Positions 41,861-55,671 of a DNA stretch of 64,000 nt are shown piece by piece. The translations under genes were made by a program, and so were the position numbers. Within the stretch, counting starts at the first letter, position 1; every line of letters begins with the position of its first letter. Location: NCBI RefSeq assembly GCF_009914755.1, contig NC_060933.1; one strand, written 5' to 3'. Origin of the DNA: the human T2T-CHM13v2.0 reference genome, Homo sapiens. The notes under the pieces were generated by a model, which was not told the DNA's origin, made no database searches, and worked only from the letters and a program-made list of their open reading frames with translations.

Positions 41861-43300
41861 ATTAGGGAATCTAGAAACAGACTCAGGTATATGTGGGAAT
41901 TGAGTATGTGATAAAAGTGAAACTTTAAGATTGGAGAGGAAAGGGTAAATTTTCATTAATAAGGCTGAGTCAACTGTACATTTGGAAATAAATTCAACTA
42001 GATCTTTCTTCATGTTGCAAACAATAAATTTCATATGGATTAAAAATATACATTCAAGGGATAAAATAAAATTCCATATACAGAAATATTTTCATAATTT
42101 TGGGATGAGGAAGTCCTTTCAAAACATAACAAATTGCAGAAGCCACAAAGAAAAGATTGACAAATTGGCTGCCCTTTAAATTTAAAACTCTATTTGGTTA
42201 ACTAAGCAATAAACAGAGATAAAAAATGCATGATATGCTAGGAGCAAATATTTGCAACCTATATAACAGACCAAGGGTTAGTATCCATAAGGTATTAACT
42301 GTGCTTACAAATTAATAAGAAAAAGACAACAACCTATTAAAAATGGGCAAATGATAAAAGAGGTAATTATCAGAAGAAGAAATACATACAGAAAATTATA
42401 GATTGATATGTCAGTAAATATATAAAAAGATGTTCAACTTCATTAATAATCATATAAACATAAATTAGATATAACTATTAATATGGTTAGGCTTTGTGTC
42501 CCCACTGAAATCTCATCTTGAATTGTAGTCTCTGTAATCCCCGCTTGTTAAGGGAGAGACCAGGTGGAGGTAATTGAATCATGGGGGCAGTTTCCCCCAG
42601 GTTGTTCTCATGATGGTGAATGAGTTCTCACGAGATCTGATGGTTTTATAAGGGGCTCTTCCCCTTTCTCTCAGCCTTTCGGCTTCCTGCTGCCTTGGGA
42701 AGAAGGTGTCTTGCTTTGGCTTCCTGCCATGATTGTAAGCTTCCTGAGGCCTCCTCAGCCATGCTAACTGTGAGTCCATTAATTCTCTTTCCTTTATAAG
42801 TTAGTCTCAGGCAGTTCTTTACAGTGTCATGAAAACGGACTAATACAGCTATTTTTACCCACCTGGTTAAAAAAATATTGATATGATCTATATTGTTAGG
42901 GTTGAGGGGAAATGGGAAATCTCAAATGTTGTTGGTGAAAGCGTAAATATGACTTTCGGGGAGGACCATTTTGCATTAATTATCAAAATTGTAAATGCAC
43001 CCACCCTTGACCTAGTAATTCTACTTCTAGGAATCTGTTCTATAGAAATACTAACATGAATACACAAGATTATACCAGGTGCTCAGCACAGTATTGTTTT
43101 TAATAGTGAAAAACTGAAAAGAACGAAAGTGAACAACAATATGAGGGAATGGTTACATAAACAGTAATACAGCCCTGTAATGGAGGCTGAACAACCATTG
43201 CCAACAATGTGTAAGCTCTGTGTACCCAAGTGGAAACATGTACACGTATGTTAGCATAGTAAAGAAAGCAAATTGCAAGATAGGGTGGGTGATAAAAGCT
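41860..43300 (+). mobile_element. Old L1ME-type fragment
   Basis: atatttgcaacctatataacagac, aaaatgggcaaa, aaaagatgttcaacttcatt, gacctagtaattctacttctagg. Confidence 0.7.
42479..42847 (+). mobile_element. THE1D-like solo LTR inside the L1ME
   Basis: atatggttaggctttgtgtcccc...ggactaataca; TSD actat/gctat. Confidence 0.9.
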
Positions 43301-43495
43301 ATCCTTACACATAGTGTTTTGGAGCAGCAGTGGGCAGGGGAATTAGTCATGATGGCTAACAGTTTCTGCCATGATCCACTTTTGGCAACACATTAATTTG
43401 AGTTTCCGGAATAATTGAGGTAACTTTCAGGTGACACCATGAAGGATCTTTGAAGGGATTACACTGTGAGACTCTCAATAAAGAAAGCTGAACTT

Positions 43496-43802
43496 GCCGG
43501 ACACTATGTCTCACGCTTGTAATCCCAGCACGGTGGGAGGCTGAGGTGAGTGGATCACTTGAGGTCGGGAGTTCAAGACCAGCCTGGCCAACATGGTGAA
43601 ACCCCATCTCTACTAAAAATATAAAAATTAGCCAGGCGTGGTGGCATGCGCCTGTAGTCCCAGCTACTTGGGAAGCTGAGGTGGTGAGGTAGGAGGATCA
43701 CTTGAGCCCTGGAGGTCGAGGCTGCAGTGAGCTGAGATTGTACCACTGCATTCCAGCCTGGGTGACAGGGTGAGACTCTATCTCAAAAAAAAAAAAAAAA
43801 AA
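43496..43802 (+). mobile_element. Alu (AluJb-type right arm)
   Basis: Full dimer; TSD aaagctg(a/g)actt. Confidence 0.9.
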
Positions 43803-45036
43803 AAAGCTGGACTTGTCTTAGGCTTTGAAATATAGTAACAATAATAGTCAATGGAGATATGGTGCTGTGTGCCCAGCACTGTTTTTGAGTCCTTCACATA
43901 TACGAATCCAGGCAGGCTTGGGTTCAGATCCTAGTTTTGCCACTTACTAGCTTTAGGTCCCAAGGGAGGGCACTCCCTCCCTTCTCTGAGTGTCCCTTGG
44001 TAAATAAGGAGACTGCTTGAAAGGAGGTGACCTTGGTGAGGCGCCCACTTCCTGCACACAACTCTCCACAATTCACTGTCACCCTAGGTGTCACTTTCTT
44101 TAACCCTCATCATGCGAATTCAAAGCTTAAGCTTAGCTTATTTACCAGTTTCCTTTTTTTGTAAAGCTCTGCTATCAACTTTCCTAAGATTTATTCATGG
44201 TTTGGCTTCAGATGTTCTATTCTTGAACTCTTAGGGCACCTCTCTGAGTCTTGAAGTCATTCGGTGTCAATTTTATTACTGCTCAGTCTAAGTTGTCCCG
44301 CCCTCCATGACCCACCGGAAGCCTCTGGCTGTGTGTGACATTTTAAATACTAACTTTGGGGCTCTTGTCTTAAAGGAGGAATTAAGTTCAAACTGTGGCT
44401 CTTTAGAAATACATAAGACATAAGCTGGGCTTTTAATGGAAAAGTCACCTTCTCATAAGCTCTGCCAGGCATGACTGGGACAGGCTGATATAATCCCCTC
44501 CCTTTTTCAAAATCAAGAGCAAATATTGGTTTACCCACAACCAAGATGACCTTGGGCCCATTTCTGTTGCAGTAAAACTGCAGTAGGTGCTCAGATGCAA
44601 AATGGAGCAATGGCTGAGCCTCTGGTTTGGGGTCATCTACCTGTAGCTAGTTAGGCAAATAAACACTTTCCATTTAAAGTGGACTTTTCACAGGAAGGAA
44701 CCCTTCAGCCAAAGGAAGGAACCTGGAGGTGTGGAATTTCAGGAATCTGGGGAGTCCTTGAAGGCAGAGACCTCTGTTACATGTTTGTGTGTTCAGCACT
44801 GGGCTGACTGCATAAGGAAATGGACGGCTGAATGATTTAGATTGCTACATAATTTACCCAATACATTTCAGAAGGTCCCTCAAAAGTGAATCCTCTGAAG
44901 GACACAGGTTAACTGGCTGTCTGTTTAGAAGCAAATATTGACATTCTGATTGGATGAAACCAGGCGAGATGCCAGCTTGGTGGGAGGGCAGAGACCCTGG
45001 GGATCAGGCTGCCTGGCTTCCAAGCTGGCCTCTGCC

Positions 45037-45520
45037 ATTCACATCTGAATGGGTAGACAGAGTAAAGCCAATGGCCCTCCCCAATGTGAGTAGGCCTCAC
45101 TCAATAGTTGAAGGCCCAAAAAGAACAGAAATGTTGACCCTCCAACTGGTAACAGGAAACTCTTCCTGCCTGACTACCTTGAGCTGGGGCATCAGTCTTT
45201 TCCTGCCTTTAGACTTGAACCGAAACATTAGTTCTTGGTTCTCAATCCTGCCGGCCTTCAGACAGGAACTTATACCAGGCCTTTGGACCTGGACTGAAAC
45301 TCCACCATTAGGTCTCCTGGGTCTCCAGCTTGCTGGCTGCAGATCTTAGGACTTCTCAACCTCCACAATTTTGTGAGTCAATTCTTTATAACAATCTATA
45401 CACACACAAACATGTAATATGTTTATTACACATAAACACATACATATAATGTGTTTATACATATGCATGCTTGTGTATATGCATATATATATTCTATTGG
45501 GTCTTTTTCTCTGGAGGATG
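45037..45520 (+). mobile_element. MLT2-type ERVL LTR
   Basis: gccctccccaatgtgagtaggcctc...gggtctccagcttgctggctgcagatcttaggacttctcaacctcc...ctattgggtctttttctctggag. Confidence 0.78.
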
Positions 45521-45949
45521 CTTCCTAGTGCCAGCCACTATGATCTTGGTGACATTAGCATTGGGCCTTTTCTTGTTTTTACTTTCCTTTCAGTATCCTT
45601 TCCTTTGCCGTGGTGGGTCTTTTGGCTCCTAACTCCCAAATCTGCTAATCCACACTAATGTGGGTGTAATGAGGGAACAAGTACCTTCAGGGGGTGAAGA
45701 GCTAATTAATGATGATGTAAAACATTCTCCTGGTGCTTAACGTGGTGGGAACTTAGTAACTGTTATTTGTGATTTTTGAATGGCACAGGAATTGAAGAGA
45801 AAGCTATGTGTCTCGTTTTATAGAAGTGGCTGCTGAAGCTCAGAGGGGTAGAGAGGTTACCCAGGGGCACACAACCCGTAAGTGGTAGAGCTGGGATTCA
45901 AACCACTTATCTGTGGGATTCCAAACCCCATGCCTTTCCTGAAGAACTC

Positions 45950-46315
45950 TGATATGGTTTGGCTGTGTCCCCATCCAAATCTCTTCTTGAATTGTAGCTC
46001 CCATAATTCCCTTGTGTTGTGGGAGGGACCCAGTGGGAGATAATTGAATCATCAGGGCGGTTTCGGTTTCCCCTGTCCTTTTCTCATGGTAGTGATTAAG
46101 ACCCACAAGATCTGATAGTTTTATAAAGGGAAACCCTTTTTGCTTGGCTCTCATTCTCTTGTTTGCCACCATGTGAGACATGCCTTTCACCTTCTGCCAT
46201 GATTGGGAGGCCTCCCCAGCCAAGTGGAACTGTGAGTCCATTAAGCCTCTTTTTCTTTATAATTTACCCCGTCTCGGGTATGTCTTTATCAGCAGTGTGA
46301 AAACAGACTAATACA
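45950..46315 (+). mobile_element. THE1B-like solo LTR
   Basis: tgatatggtttggctgtgtcccc...gtctcgggtatgtctttatcagcagtgtgaaaacagactaataca. Confidence 0.9.
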
Positions 46316-46324
46316 ACTTCTCAT

Positions 46325-46773
46325 GGCTGATTGGCTCATTGCTCCCAAATCTCTACTTTCTCCATTGATAGAATTGTACATCGTTACACTTATTGTGGCT
46401 TTGGGGTGGGCAGGGGTTACCTCCCCATCCTTTGACTTTGGGCTTGACTATCTGACTTGCTTTGCCTAAAGAAATGTTAGCACATGTGATGTGTGCAGAG
46501 GGAGGCCTTAAATGTGTGGCATGGTTTGACTTGGCCTTCTGTGCCCTCTGATCTGCCATGAAAACATGCCCAGAACAGCTGTTGGTCTTAGGAGCAGATT
46601 GAGTCCAAGTCAAAGCCTGCAGTCAACCCAGGCCAAACTGCAACCTGGAACACAGCCAAGCCACTCAATCTACAGACTCACAAGGAAGAAAAATAAATGC
46701 TTATTGTTGTAAGCCACCGAGTGTTGGAGTGGTTTGTTACGCAGCATTGGCGCAGCAATTGCTGACCAATACA
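46325..46773 (+). mobile_element. MLT1I-like LTR
   Basis: tgactttgggcttg...gacttgctttgcc...aataaatgcttattgttgtaagccac...gctgaccaataca. Confidence 0.75.
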
Positions 46774-46854
46774 CTTCCCTAAAAGGGTATCTTTTTAAAA
46801 TGGCTCAAATGGAGGGACGTGGAGAGAACTATGATGTTTGAGTCCCTGGAAAGC

Positions 46855-47230
46855 ATGCAATAGACATTACTGATCCCCAGGTCTCCTTTTTCCCTCAGCA
46901 TATGGGAAACTTTCCAGCCCTCAAGTTAGTCAGGGCCACATACATATTTCTGGCTCGTGAAATACGATAAGAAATGCCAGGTGGCACTCTCAGGCCATGG
47001 CAGTGTCATTCCAGTGCACTCTCACAGTTTCTCTCTTCCCCTGCCACAGTGGTTGCGGAGGACACCTCAGGTGGAGATGGGAGTCACAAGACCAAAGCAG
47101 CCTGTATCATGAGTCACTTCACTGGAATCACTGTGGATTTTCATGAGAAATAAATTAATTTTATAGTGGTAAGGTACAGAGATTTGGGGATTGTTTGTTC
47201 CTGCATCAGCCACATCGTGACAAAAATACA
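46855..47230 (+). mobile_element. MLT1J-like LTR
   Basis: ctctcttcccctgccac...catgagaaataaa...gagatttggggattgtttgtt...aataca. Confidence 0.65.
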
Positions 47231-47559
47231 GAGTGAGGGAAAGGTGCTGGGAAGGGCTGCAGTTGCCACCTGCTCATACCTCAATTCCAGTTCTCCCCAG
47301 TTAGGGAGAAAGGTTCTGCTACAAACTTGCTTCGAGACCCAGGAACGTCCCTGGCCCCTCTTCCTCAGTTTCCTCAATGGCCACATGGGGGTTCACTGGC
47401 TCTTTCCTAGGAGCATGCGCAGGTGGCCCCAGCCTGCTGCTGGCCCTCAGGTGATGTGAATATATTCAGTGGGATCTCACCCAGAGAAGGACTGCACTGT
47501 GCCAGCAGGCAGGGCTCTGGGTGTGGAGGTGTGACTTCATTGGCTTTCATGAGGCCTCT

Positions 47560-47777
47560 TTATGCAGAAGCTAGGGATCTGCAGGCTCTTGCAACACTTG
47601 ACAAACCTGTAAATATGCGTTTGGAGTCGCTACTGCCCAGTCTTTCTGTGAAATCTGCGTCACAAAGCCAAGTTCAGAGAACAAAGCTTTCTGATCAGCC
47701 AGAGGAAATCACTTTCCTCATTTTTGAAGTGAAATAGTTGTCTCTGTCCTGCTGACTCTTGGTCAATGTTAAAGGTT

Positions 47778-47809
<32 letters not shown>

Positions 47810-50800
47810 ATGGACTTAAGGGTGCTTTGTAAACTATAAACTGCCAGGTGCCAGATATGCAGAGGTGAACACAGCAGAGATCCCGGCCTCTGCTAGGGAG
47901 CTAGTCAAATAACGAGATGACCCACCACTCAAGATAGGAGAGTGACAGCTGTAGAATGGTGGAGGGAGAGAGAACTGTCAACAGGGGAATCAAGGAGGAC
48001 TTCCTGGAGGAGATGTAGTTGTAGAGGTGGGTAGAATGTTCACAGGAAAACAGAACAGCATGAGAAAATGTGTTGACAGCACACTGATGTGCACAGGGAA
48101 CAGCAAAGAGACTGGCCTGGCTGTGCTGGAGGAGGAGCAACAGTGTTATCCCTGCCTCTACTGCTGAGATATCCCATAGGCGTTAAGAGCAGATGCTCTG
48201 GGTAGCTTTTAAGTCCTGGCACCATCACTTCTTGTTCTGTGACTGTGGACGAGTGACTCTACTTCTCTGAACTCTGGTTCGTTCACCTGTAAAATTGGGA
48301 TAATAATATGTACCTTAGAGGGTTGTGAGGATAAGACGATGTGTAGTAGGTAAAGGCCTGAGTACATGTGGTTTTTACCCCATGAAGGGTAGCTAAGGAT
48401 GGTGGCCTGGTCCGGGAGACTAGATGACACATGAGAGGAGGAGCTGGTGTCTTCCAGTTGGCAGTGGCATCTTTGAGTCGCTGGTAAACCCTGTGTGTTG
48501 AGCTCTGGAAAGATCAAGCCTTCTGGAATCAGGGAGTTCTGGGCTTGTATCGCAGTTCTGGCACTTTTTAAATGGGTGACCCTGTTCTGAAATCTCCCAG
48601 AGCTTGTGTCACCTCCTCTATAAAATGCATTGGAATCTCAGTTGCAAAGACTGGATGCCCCCTGTGCTGTCTTGAGAAAAGAAGGTTTACTGTAAGGATG
48701 TGCGTGGATGGGGAGGGCACCAGGCTTAGGAGAGGCTCTGGGAATGTGCTTCTGGTTAACAAGCTCTCCTGTTCTCTAGGGAGGTCAGCTCCTTTGTCCC
48801 CTCACTACCACTGGTTTGGTCCCAAGGGAGGGAGAAGAATTAGAACCCTATTGGGCAGAGCCCTTTGGGCCCACCACGTTTTCAGTGGCCAGCCTATGGG
48901 TGGGTCCTCTGTGGGTCAAGTGCCTTCCTGAACCAATCAGTGGCTCCCTTAACATAGAAAAGCCAGGGAGGCTTGACTGTTGGGTAGGGCAGCCCTAGTG
49001 CAGAAGATGTTAATTTCCTCTCGAGAATCCAATGAGCCAGTAGATATAACTCATGAGACCAGATCCTGACTGTAAGGGCTGTGGTGGGTTTGGGCAGTTC
49101 AGCACCCAAGGACCTAAACAGAAACCTAAACAGAGACTCAGTATAACTGAGAAAAACAAGATCAGCATCCCTGGCAGAAAGGAGAGATGGAGGCTTGGAA
49201 GTAGAGCCTGGGGGTCCCAAGGGGCAGGTGGCAGGGAGCCGCATGGATGAGTGGAGTACTGCCAGAACAAGTTTGAGGGGTCTGGATTTTAGCTCCAGCT
49301 CTGCCAGAGACTTCTGGTATGAATTTAGCCTGGTTTCTTAACCTCTCTGGACCTCATAATTCCCCCAATTATAAAGTGGATATAACTGTACCTGTCTAGC
49401 TTTCTTCTGCGGCTGTTATACAGGATATGCATTTAATTTTAAGGTCACCGATGAGATGTAGTGGTATGAAAGCAGAGACCAAATCCCCATATTACGGAAA
49501 TGGAAACTCATGGCAGAAGATAAGCAATACTGTTTGAGACATGCTCTCTGAACCTTTATTACATACAGAGTCCTGGGCCCAGCATAATGACGGGCAAGGA
49601 GGTCCATCCACACTCTTCACTGTAGCTAGAGGGACTTTTCTAATATGCACATTGGCTACTGTCATTCACCATCCTGAAACCAAAAGACTAGTAGAGTCTT
49701 TCAGGCCAAGTTAGAAACATTTATGAAGTCTTAAAAAGGCAGCTATGAGGGGCTAGTTAAGAGCTCAGGTTTTGGAGGAAGGTCCCCCTATTCTCAAAAC
49801 CCTCCTCTAATACTTACACCAGATCTTTGAGTCCCAGTCATATTCACCTCAAAATTTTCCTCCCCCAGTGACTGCCTTGTAAAATTGTTGTAAAGTTTAT
49901 CAGACATCATACAGAGTATGTGGTCTGAGTTATGCTAAGCATTTCATAATTGTGGGTGCTATTAATATTATTGGTAATGTGGCACTTTGAAGACTACTTT
50001 TGCATCTGAACAGCTGGTAGAATCCTGCTTCAGGAAGGAGCTGTCTTTGGGGAAACACCCTGTGAGGTCCCTTGGGGAGGAGGAGGGCATGGGCTTGGCA
50101 GGAGCCGAGATGTCAGAGGGTGGAGGAGTTGCTCTGTCTGAGGCACAAGGAGGCACTTTAGGTTCTGTTTTTGGGAAAAAAAAGTGAAGAGGTGAGAAAA
50201 GAAAGGGTACACAGAGAAGGAGAGGTGCAAAGACAGGGGAAAGGTGGGTAAAACTCACTGTTGGGAGTATCAGGGGCACCTGGAGCAGCATCCCATTGGG
50301 GAAGCCTCCTGTTCCACCTTGACATTGCTCACCTGCCCTCAACATAGGGGCCTTCTCTGTTCCCTGCACTTCCTGGATTGAGGAATGCCTACGGTGGTCA
50401 TCAGTGCTTTAGGGGTAGACTTTGATGGGGGTGGGGCAGTGGGTTGGATCTCCAAGCTGGGACAGACCCTCACAGCTGGCTTAAGTGGTGAAGGTCAGAA
50501 ACAGCAGAGATGGCCCTGACCCTGGAAGGTCACTGAATCTTGAGCCAGGCTTTGGGCTTGTGCAGCTCCCCCCTTCACCCCCTTTGCATGGTAAAACCAA
50601 GTTTACTCCAAGGAAGAAGGGAGTACCCATCTGACCTCTGAGTTACACTGGAATATCCACAGTAATAACAATCATATCTATGTAATCAAATCCTTGAACG
50701 TGCCAGGCATTGAGCCAAGAACTCTACATGTATCCTTCTACTTAATGCTCAGAGTGAACCTCATGAAAAACGAAGTCCAGAGTTTAAATAACTTGTCTGA

Positions 50801-50880
50801 GTCATAGAACATGTCAGTAGAGAGAACAGGTTCAAGTGTTGCCAAAATGACTTCAGAGCTGGCCCTCTTAGGCATGACAG
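47560..50880. mobile_element. Scattered MIR and L2 relics, with (GA)n at 47778-47809
   Basis: MIR cores (ctgtaaaattgggataataatatgtacc; cttaacctctctggacctc); L2 segment about 47900-48140. Confidence 0.55.
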
Positions 50881-51143
50881 TGAACTTGAGCCAGGTCTGT
50901 GAATGACTAGATAGTCAATGGTACAAAAACAGAAAGCCAGAAACAGGTGTGAAGGTGTGATTTCATACATATCTATATACAATTTGTATATAATAACTAC
51001 CATTTCAAAGGATAGGGTATTACTGAAACCAACAGGCTACTGGGAAAATCAAATCAGTTTATATCACATGCTAAAACGAATCCCAGATGTTTATAAGATT
51101 TATATACAAACAGATAATCATAAATGTAGAATAATTTGATCTT

Positions 51144-51405
51144 TGGGCGCAGTGGCTCACGCCTGTAATCCCAGCACTGTGGAAAGCCAAGGTTTACAGA
51201 TTGCTTGAGCTCAGGAGTTCAAGATCAACCTGGCAACATGGTGAAACCCCATCTCTACTAAAAATACAAAAAGCTAACCAGGTGTGGTGGCATGTGCCTG
51301 TAGTCCCAGCTAATTGGGAGGCTTAGGCGAGAGAATCCCTTGAGAAGCTGAGATCACACCACTGCATTCCAGCCTGGGTGATAGACACACCTACCCCCTA
51401 AAAAG
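51144..51405 (+). mobile_element. AluJb-like with internal deletion
   Basis: TSD aatttgatctt (51133-51143, 51406-51416). Confidence 0.85.
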
Positions 51406-51744
51406 AATTTGATCTTCACTCTGTAAGAGCATTCTAAACATATGCATAAAGACAAAGGCCATGGGAGAAAAAAGATTGATGTTTTTAACTGAATAAAATT
51501 TTGAAAATTCCATAAGGCAAGAATACTTAGACAGATTTGAAAAGTCTGATAATAGAATGATCAAAATATTTGGAATATAGATGGCAAAGAGCCAAGAGCT
51601 CCTGTGAATTAATAAGAATAAAGATGAAAGGGTAAGGGAAGTGAAAATGCAGTCCGAAAATATGTGACTAATAAATGTATAAAAGTCTTCACCTTTGCCA
51701 ATAATAAAATAAATTCGAATTAAAATAATCATTTCCTCTCTCAC

Positions 51745-52116
51745 TGACAGTCTGTTTGGTGATGCTTTAACAAAATACCACAGACTAATTTATAAAGAAC
51801 AGAAATTTATTTCTCATGATTCTGGAGGCCGGAAAGTCCAATATCAAGGTGCCAGCATCACCTATGGCAAAAGGGCAAGAGAACACTCCTGAGAGAGAGA
51901 AGGGGGCCGAACTCATGCTTTTATAAGAAAGTCACTCCACCATCACAAATCCATTCCTACTCCCACAATAACAGCATTAATCCATTTATGAGGGCAGAGC
52001 CCTCATGCCCCAATCATCTCTTCAAGGTGCCATCTCTCAACACGGTTGCATTGAGAGTTGCATTGGGGTTAGCCTTCCAACATACAAACTTTGGGGGACA
52101 CATTCAAACCATAGCA
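51745..52116 (-). mobile_element. MSTC/D-type solo LTR
   Basis: aacagaaatttatttctc...ggggacacattcaaaccatagca; 5-bp TSD ctcac. Confidence 0.85.
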
Positions 52117-52236
52117 CTCACCAATAGTCCAACATTGAAAATACTCAGTACTGGTGAGTGTAGTTAGAAATGCGAGCTTTTAGGCTAAGGGAAAATCACT
52201 GGTACAACTACTCTGTGGATAAGTAAAACATGATGT

Positions 52237-52536
52237 GGCCGGGCACAGTGGCTCACGCCTGTAACCCTAGCACTTTGGGAGGCTAAGGCAGGTGGATTAC
52301 ATGAGGCCAGGTGTTTGAGACCAGGCTGGGCAACATGGCAAAACCCTGTTTCTACTAAAAATACAAAAATTAGCCAGGCATGGTGGTGCACATCTGTAAT
52401 TCTAGCTACTGAGGAGGCTAAGGCAGGAGAATGACTTGAACTTGGGAGGCAGAAGTTGCCGTGAGCCAAGATCACACCACTGCACTCCAGCCTGAACAAC
52501 AGACCAAGACTCTGTCTCAAAAAAACAAAAACAAAA
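52237..52536 (+). mobile_element. AluS
   Basis: Full dimer with A-rich tail. Confidence 0.9.
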
Positions 52537-54668
52537 TGTATCAAAAGTCTTAAAACTACACCTGCCTCTGCTAGCAATTCTACTTCTACAATTTCATCCT
52601 GAGAAAGTAATCATGGATGTATGCAACTATTTAGCAACCAGAATATACATTGCAATATTTTTTTAATGAGAAAATAAATTGAAAACAACCTAAATGTTTA
52701 ATAATAAGTAGCTGGTAAATTATGGGGGATCTACATAACAGAATAAATCCTCAACAACCACAAAATTTGACAGTGTAGATCCAGTCATAATAACAAGAAA
52801 TTTCTAATTTTATTCTTTAGATAAAGTACATTACAAAATAGTGTAAAGTGTGACCTCATGTTGTAAAAAATATGTGAAAATAGACACAAATCTGCAAAGA
52901 AAAAATCTAGAAGATATTAAAATATCAATATAACTGGGAAGTGGGATTTCTGGTGATTTGTTTTTTATCTTTGCTTTTGTTTTTGTTTTGCTTATTGCTA
53001 TTTTTCCTTTGAAACATCTCATTGGTCTATAAAAAACATACATAGACCAATCAAAACAATAGAGTGATTTTGCAGGATGCAGACATAGCAGTACTTACAG
53101 GGAAATTCACAACTTTATACAATGTTATCTTCAAAATGATAAGACAACCAACTTTATGTACTAATAAGACAACCAACTTTGTGTACTAGAAAAGGAACAA
53201 AAATAAGCCAGAGGAAAATGGTAAGAATACTATAATAAAGATGAAAGCTGAAGCAAATAAATTAGAGGACAACAACAACAAAATAACTCAGTGGAATTTA
53301 TAAATGAAACCAAGAGCTAGCTCCTTAAAAGGACTAATGAAATATACAAACTTCTGGCAAATCCAACCACAGGGAAAAAAAGAACTCATGAACAAAATGA
53401 GAAACAGGGCGTAACCACCGATACGAAAGAGATTAACGCAGATAAGGACGAACCAATGCACAGTTTCATGGTCATACATCAGAAACACCTTAATCTAAAT
53501 GGATAATTTTCAACAACTCTATAAACTCCCAAAGGCCTCGAAATATGCACCTCATTTGTGTGACAAAAATCAGCCATCAAGGGAGTCCAAGCAGAAGGAA
53601 GTCCTTCCATCAAAGTATTCTGAGAGTCAGCCTTCTTTCCTCATGACAAAATGAAAATTAAATAAATGAATAGCAAGGGAAACCTCTGCCAGTGGCTCCA
53701 TGTCAAGATTGGCCTCAAATGTTTTTAAGGCAAGTCATGGCTGCTGGGTGAGATGACATCATTTGACAAAGCCTGTGATTTTCTTCCAAGTCACAAACCG
53801 GCTGAACGGTTTCTGCAGGGCCTCTTAGGTCATGCATGGCCTCTTTCGCTTGGCGAGGCTTCACACCTTGGAGCGTGCTTTGAGGTGAAGCTTGTGTATG
53901 TAGGAACATTCAACTTCTGGTCAAGTGCCAGCCTTTAAAACCACACCTACTTCTCATGGATCCTGCTTTGAGGATCCTAGTAGAATGGGCTCCTTGGATA
54001 TATGGGCTTCATGCTTTGATGGCCATGAACCTGGGCCCTGAGTACCTTGTCATGTTTGTGGATAAAAGTGAAACCTGAAAGGTCTTGGTGTTTCCTTGCA
54101 CGTTCTTTGTTCTGACATTTTCTAACTTAATCTCTCTGTAAACATGAGCATATGTTCATAATCATCACTGAAGAGTAAGTCTTAAAGTAGGTCTTTTTAA
54201 ATGTCTATTTACAGGAAACTATTGCAGACACCAAAGCCCAGTGATGGTGATCAGATGTTACCTAAGTATGTAGACTACTGCCTACCACGCTGTACTTGTT
54301 GGAAGAGAAAGAATAATAGGTCATAAACCATTTTTACATAACAAAGACATTTCAACATGCCGTACCCAGAAGGAAATCAAAGGGGAATCATAAGGATGTC
54401 AGGTTTAACCTCCTCCCCCAAAGCTCCATTAATTCCAGGGCATCTGAGTTAAGAATCTCATGTGTTATTCCAACCCCACGTTTCAGCCTAACCAGGGGCA
54501 CCTGCATGGATCCACAGGGCGTGGGAGCTGATAGAGACTCTGAGGATACATCTGTGATGTATAGATCAGAAGACAGAAACCCACTCAACTCTTCAATGAA
54601 TTAATACAAACCACCAACCTGGGAGTGCTTCCCACAGGCACTTTGCAGTCCTTAGGTTGATTGTTGGG

Positions 54669-55090
54669 TGTATTGGGTTCTCCAGAGAAACAGAACTGAT
54701 GGGGTGTGTGTGCATGCGTGTATGTGAGAGAGAAAAAATTTTTATAAGAAATCAGCTCACACGATTCTGGAGGCTGGCAAGTCCAAAACCTACAGGTTAG
54801 ACTGGCAAGCTGGAGATCTAGGGAAGTGATGATGTTGCAGCTTGAGTCTGAAGATAGGGTGAAGGCAGAATTCCATCTTCTTCAGGGGCCCTCAGTCTGT
54901 TTTTCCTTAAGGGCTTCAACTAACTGAATAAGGCCCACCCCCATTATAGAGGGTAATCTGCTTTACTTAAAGTCTATTGATTTAAATGTGAATTTTATCT
55001 AAAAAATACTTTCACAGCAACATTCAGATTGATGTTTGACTAAATATCTGGGTAATGCGGCCAAGTTGACACATAAAATGTAACTGCCAC
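54669..55090 (-). mobile_element. MLT2D-like LTR, within an LTR33/16-like relic extending to about 55320
   Basis: gggttctccagagaaacagaac...ggaggctggcaagtcc...gccaagttgacacataaaat. Confidence 0.8.
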
Positions 55091-55321
55091 TCTGAGCCAG
55101 ACAGGTGCATGCAGATAATGTGTAGGCAAGTGTTCTTGGAAACAGCATCTTAGGGGAGTGAGGGAAACAGGTCGGGGCACAGAGAAAAGTCAGGCTGCAA
55201 TGCGGTTGCAGCAGAGGCCTCAGTTGATTCCACTGGGAGCTTGGAAGCTGGGTTGGCTCTTGTTCCAGTTGAATTAAGGCAGGGAGGCTGGGCCATTATC
55301 TCCCTGCATGGGCCAGCACTA

Positions 55322-55671
55322 GATTAAGTCACGAGGACTTCATCACTGCCTAAAGGCTCCACCGCTTAATACTGTCACATTGGTGATTAGGTCTTGATGT
55401 AACACACTATCACTAATCCCCTCATAAATGGGATTACACCCTTATAAAAGGGCTTGAGGGATTGGATTCATTTACTCGTATTCTGCCATGCGAGGACACA
55501 GCTACAAAGTACCATCTTGGTAGCAGAGAGCAGTCCTCACCAGACATGGAATCCACTGGCACCTTGATTTTGGACTTCCCAGTCTCCAGAACTGTGAGAA
55601 ATAAATTCCTGTTCTTTCTAGGTTATCCAGTCTGAGGTAGTTTGTTACAGCAGCACAAATGGACAAAGACA
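55322..55671 (+). mobile_element. MSTD/MLT1A-type LTR with rearranged 5' end
   Basis: ccctcataaatgggatta...ggacttcccagtctccagaactgtgagaaataaatt...ggacaaagaca. Confidence 0.78.

Larger units (their letters stand above)
50890..53530 (+). mobile_element. Old L1 (L1ME/L1M) fragments interrupted by Alus and an MST LTR
   Basis: gcaattctacttctac, aaacaacctaaatgtttaataata, aaaccaagagctagctcctt...aaacttctggcaa (ORF2-like). Confidence 0.6.
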
